Source: a bacterium (GTDB lineage: Bacteria > Vulcanimicrobiota > JABDET01). Taken from it: DNA of 64,000 nt. The position numbers and the translations under genes are program-made. Position 1 is the first letter of the stretch. Every line of letters begins with the position of its first letter. Below the pieces are notes generated by a model. The model ran no database searches, had not been told where the DNA came from, and saw only the letters and a program-made list of their open reading frames with translations. The stretch spans positions 3,141 to 67,140 of the forward strand of contig JAKAVV010000013.1 of assembly GCA_021817145.1 (NCBI GenBank), read 5' to 3'. This document shows, one piece after another, positions 27,548 through 36,554 of the stretch.

Positions 27548-27838
27548 ATGGGAACAACCGGGCCTCAACCAATGAATAAAAAAGAGAAAGAATTTGTTGA
27601 CCTGGCAAGTCAACATCTCTCTCTTTTAAAACAAGAGGGAGCAGATTCTCTTCCTCCTGTGGCTGATCATCTGGTTCAAGCCGGGCTAACCTTGGCTCTT
27701 GGTTCAGGGATCGCAAAAGAACCCGAAGCTTTCAACAAAATGAAAGCCGCCATTCAAAAGAAGATCATGACAAACCCAGAATACAGGCAGAAACTCGAAA
27801 AATTTGTCTCTATTCTTGAAAAGTTCGACAAAAAGTAA
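27548..27838 (+). CDS. Hypothetical 96-aa protein, divergent from flgB (possible FlgM-like; speculative)
   Basis: TTGACA box at 27488-27493 upstream and a GAGG RBS. No family confidently recognised. Confidence 0.4.
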   Translation: MGTTGPQPMNKKEKEFVDLASQHLSLLKQEGADSLPPVADHLVQAGLTLALGSGIAKEPEAFNKMKAAIQKKIMTNPEYRQKLEKFVSILEKFDKK

Positions 27839-28118
27839 GAACTTGACATCCTGTCCGTTCTTGTTCGGAGATGAGGACAGTCATCCTGACTGTCAATCCA
27901 CTCCCGAATAAAGAACTTGACATCCTGTCCGTTCTTGTTCGGAGATGAGGACAGTCATCCTGACTGTCAATCCACTCCCGAATAAAGAACTTGACATCCT
28001 GTCCGTTCTTGTTCGGAGATGAGGACAGTCATCCTGACTGTCAATCCACTCCCGAATAAAGAACTTGACATCCTGTCCGTTCTTGTTCGGAGATGAAGAC
28101 AGTCATCCTGACTGATTA
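27839..28118. repeat. Tandem direct repeat: about 3.8 copies of a 74-bp unit, each able to form an imperfect hairpin
   Basis: Units at 27839-27912, 27913-27986 and 27987-28060 are identical (GAACTTGACATCCTGTCCGTTCTTGTTCGGAGATGAGGACAGTCATCCTGACTGTCAATCCACTCCCGAATAAA). The fourth copy, 28061-28118, has one G>A change and is truncated. Within each unit TTGACA..TGTCAA and CTGTCC..GGACAG are inverted repeats. The array fills the convergent gap between the 27548 gene and the 28116 gene. Confidence 0.9.
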
Positions 28119-29426
28119 TGAAAGAGCAGTTAAGTCATGCCCTTTTCTAGCTTCCTCTAGCATGACATCAGCTAAAAGGTCCCAGCTGCCGAAGTTTTGA
28201 GCGAATAAAGGCTCCCCTGTCCGCGAATCATAATTTTCATGAGCGCCTCCTGTTTTTCGAATATCTGCTGCCACCAGTTTGACCATTTTTCCCGCAATTT
28301 CCTCAGCCTGTTTGTGATAACGATAAGATTCAAGCCCAATCATGGCAAGATAGTTAGCCACAACCCAGACAGGACCCTGCCAGTTTGAAACCGTATGATA
28401 CCCTGGGATCAAGACTCGTTTAGCATTATTGTAAGTTTCTTCATCAAAAGCCAGAGAGGGAATTCCATGTTTTCCCCAAAACTCTTCTGGATTCAACAAA
28501 TGGTTATCCACCATCTGTTTTGCCTGCTCTGAGCTGGAAATCCCTGCCCATAAAGGCAAAAAACAAGTCCAATCCTTAATTCGAATTGGGTTTCCTGTTC
28601 TGGAATCAAGGCTGTAGTACAGATTATCTTTTTTGTCCCACATTTTTTCATTGATCAATTTTCCGAGGTTTTCTGATTTCTCGCGATACTTTTCAGCCTC
28701 CTCAACTTTTCCAAGCTTTTCAGAAATCAATCCCATGGCTTTATATTCTCTAACCAGATAGCAGTTTAAATCCACTCCTTCCACTGACATTGGGGGGGCG
28801 CTTAAAACAGTTACCGTATCATCTGCTCCTGTCTCAACCGCTCTTCTCCAGACAAAAAGCCCATCTGGTTTGCGGCGGTGGGTTTCCCAATAATTTAACG
28901 TTGAGGCAAGCTTGTTAAAAACTTCAGGGGTTATCCAGGAAAAATCGCCGTCAGTTTTTGAAGCTAGATAAGCTCCTTGGGCTAAAAAAGGTTTGCATTG
29001 ATCAGGGTAATCTGAATACCGTGTCGGAGAGATGGTTCTTGGAGTATATCCATCGGGTTTTGTTTGGGCTAAGAAATTTAAAATACATCCTTTCCAGAGG
29101 TCGGTTTTTCCATCAACGCCAAGTCTGATCCCGACAAAAAAAGTGTCCCAGTCATACATTTCAAGGTAGGTCCCTTTCAACCTATCTGCCGGATCATTTT
29201 GGGCAGGAGCGCTTGGAATGACATAAGGGTGAGGAAGCCGTCCTGCAGGAGGGCGGACCATTTTTTCAAAAGAATCCTTAACATAATGGTGAATCACTTT
29301 CTGGTCGCTGCTGAGAGAAGAAGTCATTCTCTGAGAAGATGTGACTGCTGTTTTCAGAGTAGGAGCGACATTCATGCTTATACTGCCAGTACTCATAAAT
29401 CCATGATACCAGAGAAAAAATGCCAA
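28116..29426 (-). CDS. (alpha/alpha)6-type glycoside hydrolase, trehalase/GH37-GH63-like
   Basis: Trehalase-like signature 1 (..LEMYDWDTFF..) and a signature-2-like segment (..SNWQGPVWVVANY..). 436 aa. Family assignment is approximate. Confidence 0.5.
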   Translation of the reverse strand: MAFFLWYHGFMSTGSISMNVAPTLKTAVTSSQRMTSSLSSDQKVIHHYVKDSFEKMVRPPAGRLPHPYVIPSAPAQNDPADRLKGTYLEMYDWDTFFVGIRLGVDGKTDLWKGCILNFLAQTKPDGYTPRTISPTRYSDYPDQCKPFLAQGAYLASKTDGDFSWITPEVFNKLASTLNYWETHRRKPDGLFVWRRAVETGADDTVTVLSAPPMSVEGVDLNCYLVREYKAMGLISEKLGKVEEAEKYREKSENLGKLINEKMWDKKDNLYYSLDSRTGNPIRIKDWTCFLPLWAGISSSEQAKQMVDNHLLNPEEFWGKHGIPSLAFDEETYNNAKRVLIPGYHTVSNWQGPVWVVANYLAMIGLESYRYHKQAEEIAGKMVKLVAADIRKTGGAHENYDSRTGEPLFAQNFGSWDLLADVMLEEARKGHDLTALS

Positions 29427-29442
29427 GGGAATAAAAAAAATG

Positions 29443-30477
29443 TTAAAAATTCAATATCTGTTGATACAGGGCATCCGGGTTTTTTCTGTAAATTTGCCTT
29501 TCTTCTGCAGTGGAATCGCGCAGTAGATAATACAAAGTCTGAAGAGCAGGCATTGAGATTCCATAAGATTTCCCTTTCTCTACAAGAGGACCGTAAAGAA
29601 AAGGGGCTTCTGTATCTTTCTTTCCTTTTAACAAATCAAAATAAAGAGAGGGAAGTTTTTCTCCTCTTCCTCTGACCGCTTTCTTCCTGAAAAGAAAGCG
29701 CAGAACAGGTTCTGAAAGATGCTTGATCCCCCAAAAATAAAGAGGCACAGGCTGAAAAGGGAGTAAAACAGGTTTTATTCCGGATGTCTCCATCACTGAA
29801 ATCGTTTCCACAAGCGCCAATCTTTCGATTTTAAACCCTGAATGGCTTAAAAAAACTTCTTGGGGGGTCATCTCAAGGATCGCGCATGTTCCATTCCCAA
29901 TAAGATTTAAAAAAAGTTTTGACCACTTCATCCCCACCCAATCCTTGCAGACTCTAATTTTGATTCCTGCTCTCTGAAACAAGTCTGTCCACTGCTGTAG
30001 AGATTGATTTGGATCCAGTGGAGCAAGAGCCAATCCTCCCCTATTTTCAGCTTTGACGACTCCTGGGGATCCCATTGAACAGGCTGTTGTCAGAGATCCC
30101 GCCGTAATTTTCTTTTTTTCCACAAATCCGACAAGAATCTCTTCATTTCCAACCCCGTTTTGGACAGCGCAAAAATGAAAAATCTTATCAAGAAAAGGGG
30201 ACAATTCTAAAAGAAGAGAACGTGTTGAAAAGCCTTTCACCGTGAGCAAGCATAAATCAAAAGCAGAACAAACCGAAAAAAGAGACTGAACAGCTTGGAA
30301 AGCAGAAACTCTTCCCTGCTTTACAACTCCATTCTCAATAATTGAAAAACCCTGGTGATTGACAAGATCGCAGTATTCTTTATTCCGACTTAAAAAAACA
30401 ACTTCATGACCTGAAAGAGAAAACTTCCCTCCAAGGTAAGTTCCAACAGCCCCTGAGCCTGCAATTAAAATCCTCAA
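29443..30477 (-). CDS. 2-dehydropantoate 2-reductase family protein (ApbA/PanE-like)
   Basis: N-terminal Rossmann MRILIAGSGAVGTYLGGKFSLSGHEVVFLSR, and a length (344 aa) typical of the ketopantoate reductase family. Confidence 0.65.
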   Translation of the reverse strand: MRILIAGSGAVGTYLGGKFSLSGHEVVFLSRNKEYCDLVNHQGFSIIENGVVKQGRVSAFQAVQSLFSVCSAFDLCLLTVKGFSTRSLLLELSPFLDKIFHFCAVQNGVGNEEILVGFVEKKKITAGSLTTACSMGSPGVVKAENRGGLALAPLDPNQSLQQWTDLFQRAGIKIRVCKDWVGMKWSKLFLNLIGNGTCAILEMTPQEVFLSHSGFKIERLALVETISVMETSGIKPVLLPFQPVPLYFWGIKHLSEPVLRFLFRKKAVRGRGEKLPSLYFDLLKGKKDTEAPFLYGPLVEKGKSYGISMPALQTLYYLLRDSTAEERQIYRKNPDALYQQILNF

Positions 30478-30589
30478 AATCTACTTACAACCCTATGGAC
30501 AACTCTATCAACAACAGAAGCTCGAAAGAAAACAGAGAGGGCAAATCCTCTCTATTATTCTTCTTTGAAGCAGAACTTAAAATGGTAAT

Positions 30590-30913
30590 TTATCGAACAG
30601 CTTGTTTTAACGCTTTTCCAGGGCGGAAAGCAGGAACTTTTCTAGCTCGAATAGTTATTTTTGCCCCTGTTCTTGGATTTCTTCCTGTTCTGGCGGCTCT
30701 ATGTCGAACTTCAAAACTGCCAAAAGGAATCAACTGAACCTTCTGCCCTTGTTTGAGCATTTGTTTAACTGTGTCCAAAAAAGAATTTAACGTTTTTTCC
30801 GTCTCTCTTTTAGACAACTTTGTTTTTTTCGAAATCTGTTCAATAAGAGCGGATTTCGTAAGAGGCCTGTTTGTGTTTCTGGTCTTTGCTTTAACAGCCA
30901 TCGCTTTTTTCAC
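30590..30913 (-). CDS. hup: HU/IHF-family nucleoid-associated DNA-binding protein
   Basis: ..LIPFGSFEVRHRAARTGRNPRTGAKITIRARKVPAFRPGKALK.. is the HU beta-arm signature. Confidence 0.85.
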   Translation of the reverse strand: MKKAMAVKAKTRNTNRPLTKSALIEQISKKTKLSKRETEKTLNSFLDTVKQMLKQGQKVQLIPFGSFEVRHRAARTGRNPRTGAKITIRARKVPAFRPGKALKQAVR

Positions 30914-31063
30914 TCCTTTCTTTGGAACTTTTTGAGTTTATTTAGGTCTTATTCAAGCAGACTCTTCCAAATCCCTTTAAATTCCTGTGGGTAACCGCAA
31001 TTTCGACGCCTGAGGAAGTTTCGCGTAAAGGAAGTTTGACTAAAAAAGTGAAACGCAAACCCA

Positions 31064-31867
31064 GTGAAAGTTCACACTTTAATATGCAAGAAGTCAATAA
31101 ACGGAATCGGGCTTCATACAGGAGCTTTCTCCGAGATCCAGTTTATTCCATCAGAAAAAAAAGGGATCCGATTTTGGAAAAATGACATCTGTATTCCTGT
31201 AAGCCCAAAATTTGTCATTGAAACAAAAAGAGGAGTCGTTTTAGGAAAGGATGGGGGGAAAATTCAAACGGTTGAGCACCTTTTAGCAGCCATTCGCTGG
31301 CTGGGAATAAGCAGCCTGGAAATTCAAGTAAATGGAGATGAGATTCCAATTCTGGATGGAAGTTCAGCGGGATGGATCAAGCTTTTAGAGCCATGCAGAA
31401 AGGAAACCCCTGAAGAGTTCGATGAACTCCCCCTTAAAAAGCCAATTCTTATCCAGGAAAAAGATGCTTATATCAAAGCAGCTCCTTCTACTTCATTCTC
31501 AATTCAATACACGATTGATTTTCCAGCGCCTATTGGGACACAAACCTGGAAAGGAAAAATCTCGTCGGACCTATTTAAAAACGATATCGCTCCTGCTCGA
31601 ACTTTTGGGTTTGCGGAAGAACTGGAATCTCTTCGGGAAAAAGGGCTGGCAGTGGGAGGGAATTTAGAGAATTGTGTCGTAATAAAAAGAGGTTTGATGA
31701 TAACACCTCTGCGCTTTAAAAATGAACCTGTTCGGCATAAGGTTTTGGATTTGCTTGGAGACCTTTCCCTTCTCTCCTGGATTCCAGTGGGAAAGTTTGA
31801 AGTTTTTAAGGGGGGGCATTTTCTGCATACCCTGATGTCAAAAGCGCTGGCGGATCAAGCATTGTGA
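31064..31867 (+). CDS. lpxC: UDP-3-O-acyl-N-acetylglucosamine deacetylase LpxC
   Basis: ..SINGIGLHTG.. N-terminal motif, and conserved His/Asp region ..EPVRHKVLDLLGDLSLL..GHFLHT.. GTG start. Confidence 0.9.
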   Translation: MKVHTLICKKSINGIGLHTGAFSEIQFIPSEKKGIRFWKNDICIPVSPKFVIETKRGVVLGKDGGKIQTVEHLLAAIRWLGISSLEIQVNGDEIPILDGSSAGWIKLLEPCRKETPEEFDELPLKKPILIQEKDAYIKAAPSTSFSIQYTIDFPAPIGTQTWKGKISSDLFKNDIAPARTFGFAEELESLREKGLAVGGNLENCVVIKRGLMITPLRFKNEPVRHKVLDLLGDLSLLSWIPVGKFEVFKGGHFLHTLMSKALADQAL

Positions 31868-32268
31868 GTTACCCTTTTACTTTTGTTGACAAAATTCTAC
31901 ATGAGGAAGAGGGAAAAATTGTCGGACTAAAGTGTGTTTCTTTCAGTGAGGCTTTTTTCAGCGGACACTTTCCCGGAAAGCCAGTAATGCCAGGGGTTTT
32001 AATTTTAGAAGGAATGCTCCAAACAGCAGAAATCCTCATTGAAAAGAAAATTGACAAAACCAAGATCCCAGTCTTAACTGGTTTTGAAAAAATAAGATTT
32101 AAGAAGCCTGTCTTACCTGGAGACAAAATCTATTATGAGATCGAGCTTTTAGACTGGGATGGAAAAACAGGAAAAATAAAAGCAGAAGCAAAAGTGGGGA
32201 ATGAAATTATGACTTCTGGATTTTTAACCTTAACCATTAAAGAAAAAATTGAAGCAATTTTGCAATAG
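31864..32268 (+). CDS. fabZ: 3-hydroxyacyl-ACP dehydratase FabZ
   Basis: ..FFSGHFPGKPVMPGVLILEGMLQ.. hot-dog dehydratase motif. 134 aa. Overlaps the lpxC stop. Confidence 0.9.
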   Translation: MSYPFTFVDKILHEEEGKIVGLKCVSFSEAFFSGHFPGKPVMPGVLILEGMLQTAEILIEKKIDKTKIPVLTGFEKIRFKKPVLPGDKIYYEIELLDWDGKTGKIKAEAKVGNEIMTSGFLTLTIKEKIEAILQ

Positions 32269-32279
32269 GAGGCATTGAA

Positions 32280-33284
32280 TTGACCGCAATTAAAGCAGCA
32301 GTTGTTGGAGTGGGACACATGGGGCGTCATCATGCCCGTATTTATTCTGAAATGCCTGGAGTAGAACTGACAGCAGTGGTGGACACGAACGAACTCGCTG
32401 CTCGAGACATCGCAAAAAAATACAACACGCAGCATTTTTTAGATTACCATTCACTGATTGGCAAGGTAGATGCCGTAAGCATTGCCACACCGACTTCTTT
32501 TCATTATCCGATCTCTATGGCATTACTGAATGCGGGAATTCATGTCTTGATTGAAAAACCGATCTCCTCAACTGTTAAAGAAGCTAAAACCTTGGTCCAG
32601 TTAGCAAAAATGAAAAACCTTATTTTACAGGTAGGCCATACAGAGAGATTTAATCCCGCCGTCATGTCGCTTAATGGTCTGGTAAAAAATCCGATTTTTA
32701 TTGAAACGCATCGAATGGGACCGCCAACCCGCAGGAATCTGGATGTTGGAGTTGTTTTTGAACTCATGATCCATGATATTGATATCCTCTTAAATCTGGT
32801 TCATTCTCCAATTGTAAAAATGCAGGGGTTCGGATTAAAAATATACTCCAATCACGAAGATATCGCTCAAGCTCAAATTCTTTTTGAAAACGGCTGCATG
32901 GCAAGCCTTTCAGCCAGTCGAATTAGTTCTGAAAAAGTAAGAAATCTTGAAATAACGCAAGAGGAAGGATTTCTGCGTCTGGATTACATAGAGCAGAATA
33001 TCATTCTGAGAAAACAAGTTTCCAGCAAATATATTTTTGATCAACCTAAAGCCACTTACAAAAGCGAGTTTCTCCTAGAACAGCCATTAATCCGCAAAGA
33101 TGAACCGCTCAGGCTGGAAATCGAACATTTTGTTGAGTGTCTGAGAGAACAAAAGCAGCCTGTTGTTTCTGGAGAGGATGGAAAAGCAGCCCTTGAGATC
33201 GGCAACCGAATTCTCGACAGTCTTATTCTAGTAAAAGCGGATGACAATCAGATGACACGAGAACTAATTGCTATGAGCCAATGA
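32280..33284 (+). CDS. Gfo/Idh/MocA-family NAD(P) oxidoreductase; candidate GnnA-like UDP-GlcNAc 3-dehydrogenase
   Basis: N-terminal Rossmann ..AAVVGVGHMGRHHARIY.. and the Gfo/Idh/MocA C-terminal domain. Sits between fabZ and lpxA. The GnnA role is inferred from family plus location only. Confidence 0.7.
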   Translation: MTAIKAAVVGVGHMGRHHARIYSEMPGVELTAVVDTNELAARDIAKKYNTQHFLDYHSLIGKVDAVSIATPTSFHYPISMALLNAGIHVLIEKPISSTVKEAKTLVQLAKMKNLILQVGHTERFNPAVMSLNGLVKNPIFIETHRMGPPTRRNLDVGVVFELMIHDIDILLNLVHSPIVKMQGFGLKIYSNHEDIAQAQILFENGCMASLSASRISSEKVRNLEITQEEGFLRLDYIEQNIILRKQVSSKYIFDQPKATYKSEFLLEQPLIRKDEPLRLEIEHFVECLREQKQPVVSGEDGKAALEIGNRILDSLILVKADDNQMTRELIAMSQ

Positions 33285-34123
33285 AAACTCACCCTACCTC
33301 TATTATTGATCCGACAGCCGAAATCGCTGAATCGGTTGTTATTGGTCCTTACTGCGTTATTGGAAAGAAAGTTAAAATTGGAGAAAAGACTGTTCTCCAC
33401 AGCCATGTGATTCTTGAAGAAGATACAATCATCGGAGAAAAGAACGAAATATTCCCGGGGGTTGTCATAGGAGCCCAACCTCAAGATTTAAGCTGGAAAA
33501 GAGAAGAATCAAAAGTAATCATTGGGAATGGCAACCTCATTCGCGAATACGTGACCATTCATAGAGGAAGCGGAGGGAAAAATACCTGTATTGGAAATGA
33601 AAACTATTTAATGGCTTATGTGCATGCGGGCCATAATGTCATGATAGGAAATGGGTGCATTATTGCCAATGCTGTCGGATTAGCTGGTTATGCGGAACTA
33701 GAAGACAAAGTCGTAGTAGGAGCTATGGCAGGAATTCACCAGTTTGTGAGAATTGGAACCATGGCTATGGTTGGCGGGTACTCCAAAAATGTAAAAGATG
33801 TGCCGCCTTACGTAAAGGTGGACGGAATCCCAGCCAGGGCTTTTGGCTTGAATCTTATTGCTTTAAAGCGAAATGAAATCCCTTCAGAACATCGAGAAAT
33901 TCTGAAAAAAGCGTATTATCTCGTCTATCGCTCGCGCCATAATCTTTCTCAGGCAATTAAAGCCATCGAAAATGAAGTCACTCTAATTCCTGAAATTCAA
34001 AAGTTTCTGCGGTTTTTGAGCAGCCCTTCAAAACAAGGAATTTTAAATCGGGAAGCTGCTCACAGCGAGATATCCGAAAACGGGAATGGAGCAAAACTGT
34101 TAGAAGTTGAAACTGCTCATTAG
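33281..34123 (+). CDS. lpxA: UDP-N-acetylglucosamine acyltransferase LpxA
   Basis: Left-handed beta-helix hexapeptide repeats with the LpxA C-terminal helical domain. 280 aa. Canonical position. Confidence 0.9.
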   Translation: MKTHPTSIIDPTAEIAESVVIGPYCVIGKKVKIGEKTVLHSHVILEEDTIIGEKNEIFPGVVIGAQPQDLSWKREESKVIIGNGNLIREYVTIHRGSGGKNTCIGNENYLMAYVHAGHNVMIGNGCIIANAVGLAGYAELEDKVVVGAMAGIHQFVRIGTMAMVGGYSKNVKDVPPYVKVDGIPARAFGLNLIALKRNEIPSEHREILKKAYYLVYRSRHNLSQAIKAIENEVTLIPEIQKFLRFLSSPSKQGILNREAAHSEISENGNGAKLLEVETAH

Positions 34124-35249
34124 CGCAGGGGATCTTTCTGGCGATTTTCACGGAAGCCTGCTGATTAAAGCTTTTCAAAAAAGAGAACCTAATATCGCTT
34201 TTGCGGTTATTGGCGGAGAACGATTAAAAGAATCAGGAGGAGAACTTTTAGCGGACAGTTCTTCATGGAGTTCTGTCGGAATCTTTGATTCCATAAAAAA
34301 AGCCCCTTCTGTTCTCCTTGCTTATCAGCTCCTTAAAAGAAAATTGAAATCCATAAAACTGGATGCTGCCATCCTTATTGACTGTCCTGCTTTTAATCTT
34401 CCATTAGCCCGATTTTTGTTTAAAAGTGGGGTTCCCTGTTACTACTTTTTCCCTCCATCTTCGTGGAAAAAAGACTTGAATCGAGCAAAACAGGTTGGGA
34501 AATGGATTAAATTAGTCATTGCCCCATTTCAAGAGACAGCATCTCTTTACAAGAAAGCTGGAATTCCAGTTTTCTTTTCAGGTCATCCTCTTATAGATAT
34601 CATCCCTGACATAAAACTAAATTCTACGATGCAGATTTTTAAAAAATTAAATTTAGACCCTGAAAAACCTGTCATAGGGCTTTTTCCTGGAAGTCGCGAT
34701 CAAGAGATTCACTATCTTCTTCCTGTTCTGCTGAAAACAGCGAAAAACCTTATAAAAAAACATCCTGATCTTCAATTTGCGCTTCCTGCCGCCTCTAAGA
34801 ATTTAAAGCGGCAAATTCTTTCGCAGATCGCAAAATTCAATCTCCCTCTTGTCGCAGCAGAAAATTCAAATTATGATATTTTGCGCATTTCAAAAGTTTT
34901 AATCCTGGCATCCGGAACCGCAACTTTAGAAGCAGCTCTTTACGAAAAGCCGATGATCATCATTTATAAACTCTCCCCTTTAACATGGAAACTGCAAAAA
35001 CCTTTTCTGAGAGGAGCTTCTTTTGCTGGACTTCCCAATCTCCTGGCAGGAAAAAGAATCGTCCCTGAGCTCATTCAAGACAGCGCAAATTCTGAAAATA
35101 TCTTCAATGAAATGAATAAAATATTAACAGATGAAAGTTATGCTGCAGCCATGAAAAAAGAGCTTCGCCAAATCCGCTCCTATTTAGGAACTCCAGGAGT
35201 CATGGAAAGAGTGGCAAATCTAATCTTGGAAACCTTAAGCCATGCGTGA
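34107..35249 (+). CDS. lpxB: Lipid-A-disaccharide synthase LpxB
   Basis: ..ISAGDLSGDFHG.. N-terminus, ..GLFPGSRDQEI.. and the C-terminal ..ASGTATLEAALYEKPMIIIY.. GT19 motifs. Confidence 0.8.
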   Translation: MKLLISAGDLSGDFHGSLLIKAFQKREPNIAFAVIGGERLKESGGELLADSSSWSSVGIFDSIKKAPSVLLAYQLLKRKLKSIKLDAAILIDCPAFNLPLARFLFKSGVPCYYFFPPSSWKKDLNRAKQVGKWIKLVIAPFQETASLYKKAGIPVFFSGHPLIDIIPDIKLNSTMQIFKKLNLDPEKPVIGLFPGSRDQEIHYLLPVLLKTAKNLIKKHPDLQFALPAASKNLKRQILSQIAKFNLPLVAAENSNYDILRISKVLILASGTATLEAALYEKPMIIIYKLSPLTWKLQKPFLRGASFAGLPNLLAGKRIVPELIQDSANSENIFNEMNKILTDESYAAAMKKELRQIRSYLGTPGVMERVANLILETLSHA

Positions 35250-35829
35250 GTTCTTGTTTCGATATAGAGGTTATACTATGGCTCCATTTGGGTTTTTTCT
35301 TTTAATTTTTGGAAAACCTGATATTGAAAGCTTTTTTTTGGGGCTTGGACTCTGTGTTTTAGGAGAACTGCTTCGAATCTGGGGGGTTGGGTATGCGGGA
35401 GCCTCAACTCGAAAAAGTTATCTTGAAGCAAAAAAACTCATCACTGCAGGACCTTTCCGTTATGTTAGACACCCTCTTTATCTTGGAAATGCGCTGATTG
35501 GTTTAGGAGGAACCATCATGGCTGTTGGAAGATATTCAGGGGGAAGCAGGGGGATTTTTTTTCTGATATGGCTTATTTTTTATGGTTCAGTCTATGCAAG
35601 TTTAATTTCTCTGGAAGAAGAGTTCTTAAAAAAAGAGTTTGGAGAAGTTTACCTTCAATATCGCCAGACTGTCCCCCCTATTTTACCGACTTTTATCTCT
35701 TTTCCCGCGCCGTCGGGAAAGTATGATTGGAATAAAGCCTGGAGCACTGAAATTCACACACTTGCGCCTCTTCTTGCGGTTATCCTCATCATGTTTATTA
35801 AAATCCATCTCTCATTCCCCCTGCCATGA
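35242..35829 (+). CDS. Isoprenylcysteine carboxyl methyltransferase (ICMT)/PEMT-family membrane methyltransferase
   Basis: ..RYVRHPLYLGNALIGLG.. ICMT signature, plus the C-terminal ..EEEFLKKEFGEVYLQY.. region. Confidence 0.65.
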   Translation: MREFLFRYRGYTMAPFGFFLLIFGKPDIESFFLGLGLCVLGELLRIWGVGYAGASTRKSYLEAKKLITAGPFRYVRHPLYLGNALIGLGGTIMAVGRYSGGSRGIFFLIWLIFYGSVYASLISLEEEFLKKEFGEVYLQYRQTVPPILPTFISFPAPSGKYDWNKAWSTEIHTLAPLLAVILIMFIKIHLSFPLP

Positions 35830-36554
35830 AACTCCATATTATCCACACCAATGATCTGCACAATCATTTTCCAGAAAAAATTATTCACCAGATCCTGCAA
35901 AAAGATTCCCTCCTCTTTGACTCAGGAGATGCGATTCAAGGAAGCAATTTGATTTATCACTTCAAAGAACCCATTCTGCATAAAATGAAAAAAATGGGAT
36001 ATACTGCGATGGCAATGGGAAACAGAGAATTTCATTATCTTCGCGGCTGTTTGAAAAAACGATTTCAAGAATCTTCCTTTCCTATTCTTGCCGCCAATCT
36101 TCTGGATTTAACAGGGAAAACAAAAATGCAAGATTCATTTATCTATCAGAAGAACGGAATTAAAATCGGAATTTTCGGATTAACTGTTCCACAGTATCCT
36201 GTTGGCTCCAAATGGGAAAAAGTAACAGGATGGAGGTTTCTTCCTGCTGTCGAATCCACTAAAAAAACGGTTAAAGCTCTGTATGATGCCAAAGTTGATC
36301 TCGTGGTATGTTTGTCCCATTCAGGATTTTCCACTGACTGCGCATTGGCTGAACAGGTTCCTGGGATTGATCTTATTTTAGGCGGTCACAGCCATACGGT
36401 TTTAAAAGAACCCCAACTTGTTCGCAGCTCCATTATTCTTCAAACAGGTTCACACGGGAGATTTATTGGCAGCTGGAATTTATCTTCAGACAGGCAGAAT
36501 GGGAAATACGAACCATGGAAAATTGAAGGGGGTCTTATTTCTGGGATTATATGA
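35826..36554 (+). CDS. Calcineurin-like metallophosphoesterase (5'-nucleotidase N-domain-like)
   Basis: Metallophosphatase motifs HTNDLH, DSGDAIQGS, GNREF, LSHSG, GGHSH. Located directly after lpxB. Confidence 0.7.
   Translation: MKLHIIHTNDLHNHFPEKIIHQILQKDSLLFDSGDAIQGSNLIYHFKEPILHKMKKMGYTAMAMGNREFHYLRGCLKKRFQESSFPILAANLLDLTGKTKMQDSFIYQKNGIKIGIFGLTVPQYPVGSKWEKVTGWRFLPAVESTKKTVKALYDAKVDLVVCLSHSGFSTDCALAEQVPGIDLILGGHSHTVLKEPQLVRSSIILQTGSHGRFIGSWNLSSDRQNGKYEPWKIEGGLISGII

Noticed and set aside
27839-28118. Possible CRISPR array
   Set aside because: The repeats are 74 bp and directly abutting, with no intervening unique spacers. No cas genes are nearby. This is a simple tandem duplication array.
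29199-29675. 158-aa plus-strand ORF spanning the glycoside-hydrolase/PanE-like junction
   Set aside because: It overlaps two better-supported minus-strand genes in antisense, with no RBS or family similarity.
36418-36498. Tracker's upstream start for the LpxB-like paralog
   Set aside because: It would overlap the metallophosphoesterase gene by 137 nt. An internal Met giving a 56-nt overlap was chosen instead, but the true start remains uncertain.
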